This document shows, piece after piece, positions 1-10,329 of a stretch of DNA of 32,000 bases (its first letter is position 1; every line of letters begins with the position of its first letter). Made by a program: the position numbers and the translations under genes. The notes beneath the pieces are model-generated. The model saw nothing but the letters and a program-made list of their open reading frames with translations. It ran no database searches and was not told where the DNA came from. Origin of the DNA: Cupriavidus necator (lineage in GTDB: Bacteria; Pseudomonadota; Gammaproteobacteria; Burkholderiales; Burkholderiaceae); assembly GCF_016127575.1 (NCBI RefSeq), contig NZ_CP066019.1, forward strand, positions 780,001 to 812,000, in the 5' to 3' direction.

Positions 1-2034
<2,034 letters not shown>

Positions 2035-2038
2035 CGCC

Positions 2039-2509
2039 ATGGCCGAGGCTGAAATCGAGCGGGCGATGACCCAGGCCATCGCCGCGCCGGGCGAAGCTGC
2101 CGGCGGGGACGTGCCGGAGGGCTTCGTCCCGCTGCGCAGCATGAGCGGCTACATGGCAGGTTTCGGCCAGCTCTACCTGCATGCGGAGCGCCGCACGCTG
2201 GCGGTGCGCATCGACGAGAGTCACCTGAATAACCTGGGCATCCCGCACGGCGGCATGCTGGCGACGCTGGCCGATACCGCCATCGGCATGATGATGTCGC
2301 TGGAAACCGGGCGCTCCAAAAGCGCGGTGACCGTCAACCTGAGCCTGGACTACCTGGATTCCGCGCGCCTGGGCGACTGGGTCGAGGCCCGCGTGGAGTT
2401 CGACAAGCTCGGCTCGCGCCTGCGCTATGGCACCTGCCGGCTGGTCAGTGGCGAGCGCTGCCTGCTGCGCGCGACCGCAATCTTTGCAGTGCTGGCGCCG
2501 CGCACCTGA
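2039..2509 (+). CDS. PaaI-family hotdog-fold acyl-CoA thioesterase
   Basis: Track ORF 2027..2509 starts at a TTG overlapping the NMO stop, so I prefer the ATG at 2039 (MAEAEIERAM...). It contains HLNNLGIPHGGMLATLADTAIGMMM, typical of the PaaI/YdiI thioesterase family. The exact start is uncertain. Confidence 0.78.
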   Translation: MAEAEIERAMTQAIAAPGEAAGGDVPEGFVPLRSMSGYMAGFGQLYLHAERRTLAVRIDESHLNNLGIPHGGMLATLADTAIGMMMSLETGRSKSAVTVNLSLDYLDSARLGDWVEARVEFDKLGSRLRYGTCRLVSGERCLLRATAIFAVLAPRT

Positions 2510-2524
2510 GGCCTGCGGCAAACT

Positions 2525-2540
2525 TCGTCGCTTCCGACGA
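2525..2540. promoter_or_regulatory. 16-bp palindrome TCGTCGCTTCCGACGA (copy 2), candidate operator upstream of thiolase
   Basis: Identical to 951-966. Here it is embedded in a longer imperfect inverted repeat, GGCAAACTTCGTCG-CTTC-CGACGACGCTTGCC (2517-2548). Confidence 0.4.
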
Positions 2541-2655
2541 CGCTTGCCACCACCCGCGGCGCAACAATGCAAAGCGACACTGCCGGCGCCAGATGCCGGC
2601 ACTCCGGACAACACCATGGCTGCCCCGGCAGCCTGCACCGAACCAAGGAGATCAC

Positions 2656-3831
2656 ATGGCAGAGGCATATATCGTCGCGGCGGTCCGTACCGCCGGCGGC
2701 CGCAAGGGCGGCAAGCTGTCGGGCTGGCATCCGGCCGACCTGGCCGCACAGGTGCTGGACGCACTGGTGGAACGCACCGGCGCCGACCCGGCGCTGGTCG
2801 AAGACGTCATCATGGGCTGCGTGAGCCAGGTCGGCGAGCAGGCCGGCAACGTGGCGCGCAATGCCATCCTGGCCTCGCGCCTGCCTGAAAGCGTGCCCGG
2901 CACCTCGGTGGACCGCCAGTGCGGTTCGTCGCAGCAGGCACTGCACTTTGCCGCGCAGGCAGTGATGTCGGGCGCGATGGACATCGTCATCGCCGCCGGC
3001 GTGGAAAGCATGACGCGCGTGCCGATGGGCCTGTCGTCGCAGCTGCCGGCCAAGAACGGTTTCGGTGTGCCCAAGAGCCCCGGCATCGAGGCGCGCTATC
3101 CCGGCGTGCAGTTCAGCCAGTTCACCGGCGCCGAAATGATTGCGCGCAAGTACGACCTGTCGCGCGAGCAGCTGGATGCCTACGCCCTGCAGAGCCACCA
3201 GCGCGCCATCGCCGCCACCAAGTCGGGCCGCTTCACCGCCGAAATCCTGCCGGTGGAAGTGCGCACGGCCGACGGTGCCAACGGTGAAATGCACACCACT
3301 GACGAAGGCGTCCGCTATGACGCCACGCTGGAAAGCATCGGCAGCGTCAAGCTGATCGCCGAAGGCGGCCGCGTGACTGCCGCTTCCGCCAGCCAGATCT
3401 GCGACGGCGCCGCCGGCCTGATGGTGGTCAACGAGGCCGGACTGAAGAAGCTTGGCGTCAAGCCGCTGGCGCGCGTGCACGCCATGACGGTGATCGGCCA
3501 TGATCCGGTCGTGATGCTGGAAGCGCCGCTGCCGGCCACGGAAGTCGCGCTGAAGAAGGCGGGCCTGCGCATCGGCGATATCGACCTGTTCGAAGTCAAC
3601 GAAGCCTTCGCCCCGGTGCCGCTGGCCTGGCTGAAGGCCACCGGCGCCGATCCGGCGCGCCTGAACGTGCATGGCGGCGCGATCGCGCTGGGCCATCCGC
3701 TGGGCGGCTCGGGCGCCAAGCTGATGACCACGCTGGTACATGCGCTGCATACGCACGGCAAGCGCTACGGCCTGCAGACGATGTGCGAAGGCGGCGGGCT
3801 GGCCAACGTGACCATCGTCGAGCGCCTGTAA
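2656..3831 (+). CDS. acetyl-CoA C-acyltransferase (thiolase)
   Basis: The ATG at 2656 is preceded by AAGGAG (2645-2650). The track ORF starts earlier, at 2593. Translation MAEAYIVAAVRTAGGRKGG...VDRQCGSSQQAL (active-site Cys)...NVHGGAIALGHPLGGSGAKL...MCEGGGLANV (C-terminal thiolase motifs). Confidence 0.93.
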   Translation: MAEAYIVAAVRTAGGRKGGKLSGWHPADLAAQVLDALVERTGADPALVEDVIMGCVSQVGEQAGNVARNAILASRLPESVPGTSVDRQCGSSQQALHFAAQAVMSGAMDIVIAAGVESMTRVPMGLSSQLPAKNGFGVPKSPGIEARYPGVQFSQFTGAEMIARKYDLSREQLDAYALQSHQRAIAATKSGRFTAEILPVEVRTADGANGEMHTTDEGVRYDATLESIGSVKLIAEGGRVTAASASQICDGAAGLMVVNEAGLKKLGVKPLARVHAMTVIGHDPVVMLEAPLPATEVALKKAGLRIGDIDLFEVNEAFAPVPLAWLKATGADPARLNVHGGAIALGHPLGGSGAKLMTTLVHALHTHGKRYGLQTMCEGGGLANVTIVERL

Positions 3832-3959
3832 AGCTGTGAGAGTCGCCGCGTGCCGCACAGGCACGCAGCGCATGGATCGCCGCAGCAAGGAGTAGTAAAG
3901 GGAGAAGGACCGGCGGCGCGGGCATGTCAGAGTGCCCGCGCCAGCAGCCGGAAAAGGGG

Positions 3960-3987
3960 GCCGCGATTTTCGCGGCTTTTCTTGTTT
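3960..3987 (+). terminator. rho-independent terminator after thiolase (possibly bidirectional)
   Basis: GCCGCGA-TTT-TCGCGGC stem-loop followed by TTTTCTTGTTT. On the other strand the same hairpin is followed by CCCCTTTTCC, downstream of the convergent phosphatase gene. A second GC hairpin, GGCGCGGGCA...TGCCCGCGCC, lies at 3915-3942. Confidence 0.65.
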
Positions 3988-4004
3988 GCGGTGTGTCGCG
4001 CGCG

Positions 4005-4679
4005 TCAGGCGAACGTCACTGCGCTGCGCCGGTCGGCGCGTTCCAGGTGCGGCACGTTGTTGAAGCTCAGCAGCCGCTGCACGCCGCGGCCGACGATGAT
4101 CTCGCAGAACGCCGTATTGCGGAATTGCAGGTTCATCTCGATGGCGGCCTGTGCAGGTGCGCCAAGCAGGTCGGCCGTGGCGCGGCCGATGGCGCCACCG
4201 GAGCTCACCACCAGGATGGCATCCTCGCGCGTCATGCCTTCGCTTGCGTGCGCCAGGGCGCCGGTAATGCGGGCGCCGAAATCGGCCCAGCTCTCGGGCA
4301 TCTCGGCCAGCCCGTCCTGGGTCCATGCGGCGTAGGCCGCGCGGAAGGTGCGCCAGTAGTCGTTGTAGTCGCCGTTCTGGTGCGCGCGGTGGTCGGCGCC
4401 GCCGGTGTGGCAACGGTACAGCGCCTCGCCGTCGTATTCGTTCAGGCCCGCGTGCGAGACGATCGCTGTCTGCGGCTGACCCATGCCGGCCAGGATCTCG
4501 CTGGCGGTGTCCTGCTGGCGCACCAGCGTGCCGGACACCACGCGGCTGAAGCTGACGCCGCGCTCCTGGAAATACTCGCCCAGCCAGCGCGCCTGCTGGC
4601 GGCCGGTCGGCGACAGGCAATCGTAGTTGGCGGCGCCAAACGAGGCTTGTCCGTGCCGGACGAGGAAAAGCGTGGCCAT
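4005..4679 (-). CDS. histidine phosphatase (phosphoglycerate mutase-like) family protein
   Basis: Internal ATG of track ORF 4005..4775 (CAT at 4677-4679) gives MATLFLVRHGQASFGAANYDCLSPTGRQQARWLG..., with the RHG catalytic motif at the expected N-terminal position. Confidence 0.85.
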   Translation of the reverse strand: MATLFLVRHGQASFGAANYDCLSPTGRQQARWLGEYFQERGVSFSRVVSGTLVRQQDTASEILAGMGQPQTAIVSHAGLNEYDGEALYRCHTGGADHRAHQNGDYNDYWRTFRAAYAAWTQDGLAEMPESWADFGARITGALAHASEGMTREDAILVVSSGGAIGRATADLLGAPAQAAIEMNLQFRNTAFCEIIVGRGVQRLLSFNNVPHLERADRRSAVTFA

Positions 4680-4876
4680 GAGCGGTCCCGGTAAACGTGA
4701 GGCGGATAGGGCTGCGCCCGGCGCGTCGTTTTGCGGCAGGCCGGGGGCGCCGGGCACGGCGCCCGGCGTGGGCACATTCTAGGGAGGTCCGGCGCGCCAG
4801 CCAAGCAAGCGCTGCGCAATTCATGGCAGCCATGGCCTGGCTGCATTACCGCGGGTGGCGCGGGCCGGTGGTGTGC

Positions 4877-5563
4877 TCAGGCCGGCTCTGCGCAGGGGAC
4901 GCCGAGATAGCCGGCCATCAGGCGGTTGAGTTCCGGGATCATCTGTTCGTCGTCGAGGTGCAGTGGGCCGGAATCATTGAGCACGGCATTGACCAGCACG
5001 CTGAACACCGCCTGCATGGCAAAGCGCACGCGCACCTCGGCGGTGTCGGCAGGCATCGCCAGCCGCGGCACCAGCAACTGCACCATGCGCTCCACGATGG
5101 CTTCGCCGCTCTGGCGGTGGGGCACCCATTCCTCGGGCCGCGTGGACGCATGCCGCAGCGATGCCCGGATCACGCCGCGGTTGGCCAGCGTGCCGAGCAC
5201 CATGAAGCGCGTGGCCTTTTCCAGCAGCACCGGTGTCGGCACGTCCTCCCAGCGCTCCTGCGCCAGGTAGCGCTCAGTCGACGCGGCGGTTTCTTCCATG
5301 ACCAGCGCACGCAAGGCCTCGAAATAGGCCATCTTGTCGCGGAAGCGCCCATAGAAGGCACCCACCGATACCTGGCATGCCGCGGCGATCTGGGCCACGG
5401 AAACGGCGGCAAAGTCACGCGAGGCAAGCAGTTCGCGGCCCGCGCCCAGCAAGGCCTGTTCGGTCTCGCGCGCACGGCGCTGGCGCGGCGGCTGCAGGAT
5501 CGAGGGGGTATCGATACGGGGAAAGGAGGCGTTGGCGGTGAAGCCGGATTGGGTCGCTGACAT
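4877..5563 (-). CDS. TetR/AcrR family transcriptional regulator
   Basis: Track ORF 4877..5569 starts at a GTG. The ATG two codons in (5563) sits 5 nt after GGAG. An HTH-like segment, FAAVSVAQIAAACQVSVGAFYGRFRDK, lies near the N-terminus. Confidence 0.85.
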   Translation of the reverse strand: MSATQSGFTANASFPRIDTPSILQPPRQRRARETEQALLGAGRELLASRDFAAVSVAQIAAACQVSVGAFYGRFRDKMAYFEALRALVMEETAASTERYLAQERWEDVPTPVLLEKATRFMVLGTLANRGVIRASLRHASTRPEEWVPHRQSGEAIVERMVQLLVPRLAMPADTAEVRVRFAMQAVFSVLVNAVLNDSGPLHLDDEQMIPELNRLMAGYLGVPCAEPA

Positions 5564-5574
5564 TGGCACTCCGT

Positions 5575-5594
5575 ATTCGAATTCTGATTCGAAT
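5575..5594. promoter_or_regulatory. tandem palindromes ATTCGAAT-TCTG-ATTCGAAT, candidate TetR auto-operator
   Basis: Two copies of the self-complementary octamer ATTCGAAT (5575-5582 and 5587-5594) in an AT-rich patch. They begin 12 nt upstream of the TetR start codon. Confidence 0.45.
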
Positions 5595-5720
5595 TTGAAA
5601 ATACCGGTGCGTGCCGCGACGCGTCAAGGATTTTGTCGGGTGGCAGCCCGGCGTGGCGGGTGGGTGGGCTGCGCCGGAGGTGGCGTTGCGGCGCGCATGT
5701 GCCGCTTGCCTCGGCGCGGG

Positions 5721-6455
5721 TCAGAGCGATCCGAACACGGTGCCCAGTCCGTAGGTGAAGGCTGCCGCCATGCCCCCGATCAGCACCTGCCGCAGCGCCG
5801 AGAACCATCCCGGGCGGCCATTGAACGACGAGGTGCCCCAGCCAACCAGGCCAAGGCCGGCCAGGCACGCGACGATGCTGCCGAACTGCGCCGATGGCCC
5901 TGCGGTCACGAGGAACGGCAGCAACGGCACCAGCGCACCGCTGCTGTACAGCACGAAGGAAATTACCGCCGCCTGCACCGGGTTGCCGCCGCGCTCCTGC
6001 GGGTTGATGCCCAGCACTTCGCGCGCAAAGGTGTCCAGGGCCGCGCGCGGGTTGCGCATGATCTCGTCGGCGGCACGCTCGGCATCGGCCGGCAGCACGC
6101 CCTTGCCCACAATCACCGTGACCAGCCGCTGTCGGGCCCGGATGGCATCATGCGCGAGCTCGTGCGCCATGTCGCGCAGGCGCTTGTTGTTCATCTCGCG
6201 ACTGTTGGTCACCGACAGCCATTCGCCCAGCGCCATCGAGCAAGCGCCCGCCGCCAGGCCCGCCAGCCCGGCCAGGATGACGGCCTCGCGCGAGGCCGCC
6301 GCGCCCTCCAGGCCCATCACCAGGCAGAAGCTGGACACCAGCCCGTCGTTGACGCCCAGCACGGCTGCGCGCAAGGCGTTGCCGCTCGGTCGATGGAGCA
6401 GGCGCCGTACGCGGGTGCCGAAGCCGGTTGGAGTGGGGGCGCTCGACAGGGGCAT
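5721..6455 (-). CDS. VIT1/CCC1 family (iron/manganese) transporter
   Basis: 244-aa ORF with AAGGA before the ATG. Contains AAVLGVNDGLVSSFCLVMG near the N-terminus and hydrophobic C-terminal helices, typical of VIT family proteins. Confidence 0.82.
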   Translation of the reverse strand: MPLSSAPTPTGFGTRVRRLLHRPSGNALRAAVLGVNDGLVSSFCLVMGLEGAAASREAVILAGLAGLAAGACSMALGEWLSVTNSREMNNKRLRDMAHELAHDAIRARQRLVTVIVGKGVLPADAERAADEIMRNPRAALDTFAREVLGINPQERGGNPVQAAVISFVLYSSGALVPLLPFLVTAGPSAQFGSIVACLAGLGLVGWGTSSFNGRPGWFSALRQVLIGGMAAAFTYGLGTVFGSL

Positions 6456-6478
6456 GGTCCTTTTGCGATGGAGCGTTG

Positions 6479-7369
6479 TCAGTTGAAGCGCGGGCCCAGG
6501 TCATCCCGCATCCATTCGATAAAGGCGCGCGTGCGTGCCGGCAACAGTCGCGCATGGGGATAGATCAGCGATAGCGGCCATGCCGGTTGCTCGAAAGCCT
6601 CCAGCACGATGCGCAGTTTGCGTGCTTCGACCAGTTGCGCGACCTGATAGGACAGGAAGTGGCCGAAGCCCGCGCCTTCGGCACAGGCAGCCACGGCGGG
6701 CGCGGTCTGGTTGAATTCCAGGTTGCCGCTGACCTGCACGTGGAACTCCCGGCCGTCCTCCTGGAAGGTCCACCAGTGCGCGTGGTTGCCGGTGAAGCGC
6801 ACGCAGTTGGCGCTGGCCAGTTCCTCGGGATGGCGTGGCACGCCGTGCTTGCGCAGGTAGGCGGGCGTGGCCACCACCACGCGGCGGATGCTGCCGACGG
6901 TCTGCGCCACCAGCGTGGAATCAGCCAGCGGGCCGATGCGCACCCCCACGTCCAGGTCTTCTTCAAGCAGGTTCACCACGCGGTCGGTGAATTCCATGCG
7001 GCAGCGCACGCGCGGATAGCGCTGCACGAAACGCGTGACCGCCGGCGCCACATACATCTGGCCGAACAGCACCGAGGCGGTCAGCGTGAGCTGGCCGCTG
7101 GGTTCGACATGGCTGGCGGTCAGGCCGGCCTCGACCTCGTCGATGGTGGCCAGGATGCGCCGGCAGCTGTCCAGGTAGCTGCGCCCCTCGCCGGTCAGCG
7201 ACAGCCGCCGCGTGGTGCGGTTGAGCAGCCGGACCTGCAACTCGAATTCCAGCGCCGCCAGCGTGCGCACCACCGCCGGCAACGAGGTATGCAGCGTCGT
7301 GGCGGCTGCCGTCAGGCTGCCCTCGTCGACGATCCGCACAAAGGTCTGCATCGCGCGTAGCTTGTCCAT
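6479..7369 (-). CDS. LysR family transcriptional regulator
   Basis: Internal ATG (CAT 7367-7369) of track ORF 6479..7405 gives MDKLRAMQTFVRIVDEGSLTAAATTLHTSLPAVVRTLAALEFELQVRLLNRTTRRLSLT, the canonical LysR N-terminal HTH. It is divergent from the GST gene. Confidence 0.9.
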   Translation of the reverse strand: MDKLRAMQTFVRIVDEGSLTAAATTLHTSLPAVVRTLAALEFELQVRLLNRTTRRLSLTGEGRSYLDSCRRILATIDEVEAGLTASHVEPSGQLTLTASVLFGQMYVAPAVTRFVQRYPRVRCRMEFTDRVVNLLEEDLDVGVRIGPLADSTLVAQTVGSIRRVVVATPAYLRKHGVPRHPEELASANCVRFTGNHAHWWTFQEDGREFHVQVSGNLEFNQTAPAVAACAEGAGFGHFLSYQVAQLVEARKLRIVLEAFEQPAWPLSLIYPHARLLPARTRAFIEWMRDDLGPRFN

Positions 7370-7381
7370 GGCGCCACACAT

Positions 7382-7400
7382 TACTCCATTCTTTGGAGTA
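7382..7400. promoter_or_regulatory. inverted repeat TACTCCA-N5-TGGAGTA, candidate LysR binding site
   Basis: Perfect 7-bp arms 13 nt upstream of the LysR start, in the LysR/GST divergent intergenic region. Confidence 0.5.
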
Positions 7401-7479
7401 GTCAAATATCAATTGCCCTATTTATTGCAACGACTTCGGCGCCCAGAATCCGGCTATCCCAACCGTTGAGGAGAGTGCC

Positions 7480-8121
7480 ATGCAAGAAACCAATCGCCCC
7501 GCCAAGCCGCTGGTGCTGTACCGCTCGCCGGTGTCCGGCCACGCCCATCGCGCAGAACTGTTCCTGGGGCTGCTGGGCTTGCCCTGCCGGCTGGTGGACG
7601 TCGACCTGCGCGGCGGCGAGCAGCGCAGCGAGGCCTTCCTGCGCCTGAACCCGTTCGGCCAGGTGCCGGTGCTGGATGACGACGGCGTGGTCGTCGGCGA
7701 TTCCAACGCCATCCTGGTCTACCTGGCCACGCGCTATGACGACGGCCGCTGGCTGCCGCGCGATCCGGTGGGCGCGGCGCGCGTGCAGCGCTGGCTGTCG
7801 GTGGCCGCCGGCGACATTGCCTTCGGGCCGGCGGCGGCGCGCCTGGGCGTGCTGTTCGGCAGGCCGGTGGCGATGGACGATGCCATCGCCCGCGCGCAGC
7901 GGCTGTTCACGCTGATGGAAATCCTGCTCGCCGGGCAGCCGTTCCTGGCGGCCGACCATGCCACCATTGCTGACGTTGCCGCCTACAGCTATATCGCCCG
8001 CGCCGAGGAAGGCAACGTGCCGCTGGCGCCGTACCCCGCGCTGAACGACTGGCTGCGCCGCATCGAAGCCTTGCCCGGCTTCGTGCCGATGCTGGTGTCG
8101 AAGGTCGGCCTGGCGGCGTAG
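7480..8121 (+). CDS. glutathione S-transferase family protein
   Basis: 213-aa ORF with GAGGAGAG upstream. N-terminal thioredoxin-like part LVLYRSPVSGHAHRAELFLGLLGLP...NPFGQVPVLDDDGVVVGDSNAILVYLA, followed by a helical C-terminal domain. Confidence 0.9.
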   Translation: MQETNRPAKPLVLYRSPVSGHAHRAELFLGLLGLPCRLVDVDLRGGEQRSEAFLRLNPFGQVPVLDDDGVVVGDSNAILVYLATRYDDGRWLPRDPVGAARVQRWLSVAAGDIAFGPAAARLGVLFGRPVAMDDAIARAQRLFTLMEILLAGQPFLAADHATIADVAAYSYIARAEEGNVPLAPYPALNDWLRRIEALPGFVPMLVSKVGLAA

Positions 8122-8175
8122 CGCCTGCCGGACCCGCGTATCGCCAATCGATCCGACAAGGAAAAGGAGCTAGTC

Positions 8176-9150
8176 ATGGATCTGCCCACATGGCCGCACG
8201 CCGGCCTGCCATTCCACGCCGGCGAACTGGCCGCCCAGGAGCGCGCCGGCAAGCGCGAACGCATGGCCGCGTCCGGCCCGCGGGTAATCCGTGGCGAGAT
8301 GCCGGAGCAGCACCGCACGTTCTTTGCGCAGCTGCCGTTCCTGCTGGTTGGCGCCGTCGATGCCGACGGGCAGCCCTGGGCCACGATGCTGGCCGGGACG
8401 CCGGGGTTTGCGCATACGCCTGACGCCACCCACCTGCGTATCGACGCCGTGCCGCTGCCCGGCGACCCGGCGGCCCTGGCGCTGGCGCAGGGCGCGCGCA
8501 TCGGCCTGCTCGGGATCGAGCTGCCTACGCGCCGGCGCAACCGCATGAACGGGGTCATCGTGGCGCGCGACGAGGGCGGGATGACAGTCGAGGTCGAGCA
8601 GAGCTTTGGCAACTGCCCGCGCTATATCCAGTTGCGCGACGTGAGCCTGGCCGAGCCGGCGCCCGCGCCGCCCGCCTGGCACGGCGACGCGCTGGATGAG
8701 CAGGCGGTGGCCTGGCTGCGCGGCGCCGATACCCTGTTCATCGCCACCAGCAACACCGCATCTCCGCAGGACGAGGGCGAGCACACCGGAGGCGCCGATG
8801 TCTCGCACCGCGGCGGCAAGCCTGGCTTTATCCGCGTCGACGAGGCCGGCACGCTGACGTTCCCGGACTTCAACGGCAACAACTTCTTCAATACGGTCGG
8901 CAACCTGCTGGCCAATCCGCAAGCCGGGATCGTGGTGCCGGATTTTGCCGATGGCTCGCTGCTGCATGTGGGCGGGCGCGCCGAGGTGATCTGGGAGGGC
9001 GATGAACTGGCGTCATACGCCGGCGCCGAACGGCTGGTGCGGCTGCATGTCGAGCGCGTGGTGCGGCGTGCGGCGGTATTGCCGCTGCGCTTCGGTTTTC
9101 GCGAATACTCGCCGGTGTTGGCGGACACGGGCGCGTGGCCGGTGCGTTGA
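8176..9150 (+). CDS. pyridoxamine 5'-phosphate oxidase-like (split-barrel FMN-binding) family protein
   Basis: 324-aa ORF with AAGGAG 8 nt upstream of the ATG and only 54 nt after the GST stop, so probably co-transcribed. Segments such as LPFLLVGAVDADGQPWATML and TLFIATSN...GADVSHRGGKPGFIRV resemble PNPOx-like flavin-binding proteins. The family call is from memory of such sequences. Confidence 0.65.
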   Translation: MDLPTWPHAGLPFHAGELAAQERAGKRERMAASGPRVIRGEMPEQHRTFFAQLPFLLVGAVDADGQPWATMLAGTPGFAHTPDATHLRIDAVPLPGDPAALALAQGARIGLLGIELPTRRRNRMNGVIVARDEGGMTVEVEQSFGNCPRYIQLRDVSLAEPAPAPPAWHGDALDEQAVAWLRGADTLFIATSNTASPQDEGEHTGGADVSHRGGKPGFIRVDEAGTLTFPDFNGNNFFNTVGNLLANPQAGIVVPDFADGSLLHVGGRAEVIWEGDELASYAGAERLVRLHVERVVRRAAVLPLRFGFREYSPVLADTGAWPVR

Positions 9151-9169
9151 GTCCGGTAGTCCGGGAGAT

Positions 9170-9210
9170 TGTCATAAAAATGACATCAGAAAGTCACAAA
9201 AGAGTCACAA
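9170..9210. promoter_or_regulatory. AT-rich patch with palindrome TGTCAT-AAAA-ATGACA and direct repeats AGTCACAA x2
   Basis: Palindrome at 9170-9185. AGTCACAA occurs at 9192-9199 and 9203-9210 (11-bp period). The patch lies about 75-115 nt upstream of the Bug-family gene start. Function unknown. Confidence 0.3.
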
Positions 9211-9285
9211 TGGCGGCTGGCGACTGTTCGTAGCACCCGGAACCAGGGCGCTGGCGGGCAGCCCTGTATCAAGGAGAAATCAACC

Positions 9286-10293
9286 GTGGACAAGACGAAG
9301 AACAAGCCGCAAGCCCGCCGGGACATCCTGAGACACGCACTGCTGGCCCTGGCCGCCGCGCCGCTGGCACTGGCGGCGGGGACCGCGCAAGCGGCCTGGC
9401 CGGAAAAGCCGATCCGGCTGGTGGTGGCATTCCCGCCCGGCGGCCCGGTCGACACGCACGCGCGCCTGCTGGCCGAAAAGCTGCAGCCGATCCTGGGCCA
9501 GACCATCGTGATCGACTACAAGGCCGGCGCCGCCGGCAATATCGGCTCGGACAACGTCGCCAAGTCCGCGCCCGACGGCTACACGCTGCTGCTGGCCAAC
9601 ACTGGGCAGATGGCCATCAACAACTCGCTCTATCCCAAGCTGCCCTACAGCATGCCGAAGGACTTCGCGCCGGTGGCACGCACGGCGCTGATCCCGCTGG
9701 TGATGGTGGTCAACAACAACGTGCCGGCGCGCGACCTGAAGGCGTTCATCAGCTATGCCAAGGCCAACCCGGGCAAGCTGAACTTTGCCTCGGGCGGCAA
9801 TGGCGGCATCTCGCACCTGATGCCGGAAATGTTCAAGCAGGCTTCGGGCACGTTCATCGTCCATATCCCGTACAAGGGCAGCTCGCCGGCGCTGACCGAC
9901 GTGATGGGCGGCCAGGCGCAGATGATGGCCGACTCGATCCCGCTGTTCACGCAGTACATCAAGGCAGGCAAGGTGCGTGCGCTGGCGGTGACGTCGCCGC
10001 AGCGCTCTCCCGCGCTGCCGGATGTGCCGACGATGCAGGAGGCCGGGCTGAAGGGCTTCGAGGTGGTTGGCTTCTATGGCATGCTGGCGCCGGCGGGCAC
10101 GCCCAGGGAGGTGGTCTCACGCCTGTCCGGTGCCTTGCGCACGGTGCTGGCCGACCCCGACACCAAGGCGAAGCTCGAGCAGCAGGGTGCCGAGCCCGCA
10201 TGGCAGTCGCCGGAGGCATTTGCCGCCACGATCACGGCGGAGCAGAAGCGCTGGGGGCAGGCAGTGAAGGCGTCGGGCGCAAGTATCGACTGA
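9286..10293 (+). CDS. Bug family (TctC-like) tripartite tricarboxylate transporter substrate-binding protein
   Basis: GTG start preceded by AAGGAGA. Tat-like signal QARRDILRHALLALAAAPLALAAGTAQA, then WPEKPIRLVVAFPPGGPVDTHARLLA...YKGSSPALTDVMGGQ, typical Bug/TctC motifs. Confidence 0.9.
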   Translation: MDKTKNKPQARRDILRHALLALAAAPLALAAGTAQAAWPEKPIRLVVAFPPGGPVDTHARLLAEKLQPILGQTIVIDYKAGAAGNIGSDNVAKSAPDGYTLLLANTGQMAINNSLYPKLPYSMPKDFAPVARTALIPLVMVVNNNVPARDLKAFISYAKANPGKLNFASGGNGGISHLMPEMFKQASGTFIVHIPYKGSSPALTDVMGGQAQMMADSIPLFTQYIKAGKVRALAVTSPQRSPALPDVPTMQEAGLKGFEVVGFYGMLAPAGTPREVVSRLSGALRTVLADPDTKAKLEQQGAEPAWQSPEAFAATITAEQKRWGQAVKASGASID

Positions 10294-10301
10294 GCCGGGC
10301 G

Positions 10302-10317
10302 GGCACCCGCGGGTGCC
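10302..10317. terminator. GC hairpin between convergent genes (possible bidirectional terminator)
   Basis: Perfect palindrome GGCACCCG/CGGGTGCC located between the stops at 10293 (+) and 10330 (-). There is no U-tract. Confidence 0.3.
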
Positions 10318-10329
10318 GTGGCTCATGGC

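Noticed and set aside
2425-4833. 802-aa minus-strand ORF spanning the thiolase and phosphatase regions
   Set aside because: It is antisense or out of frame to two genes with clear family motifs. Its translation is Arg/Ala/Gly/Pro-rich low complexity, typical of high-GC shadow frames, and it has no RBS or motif support.
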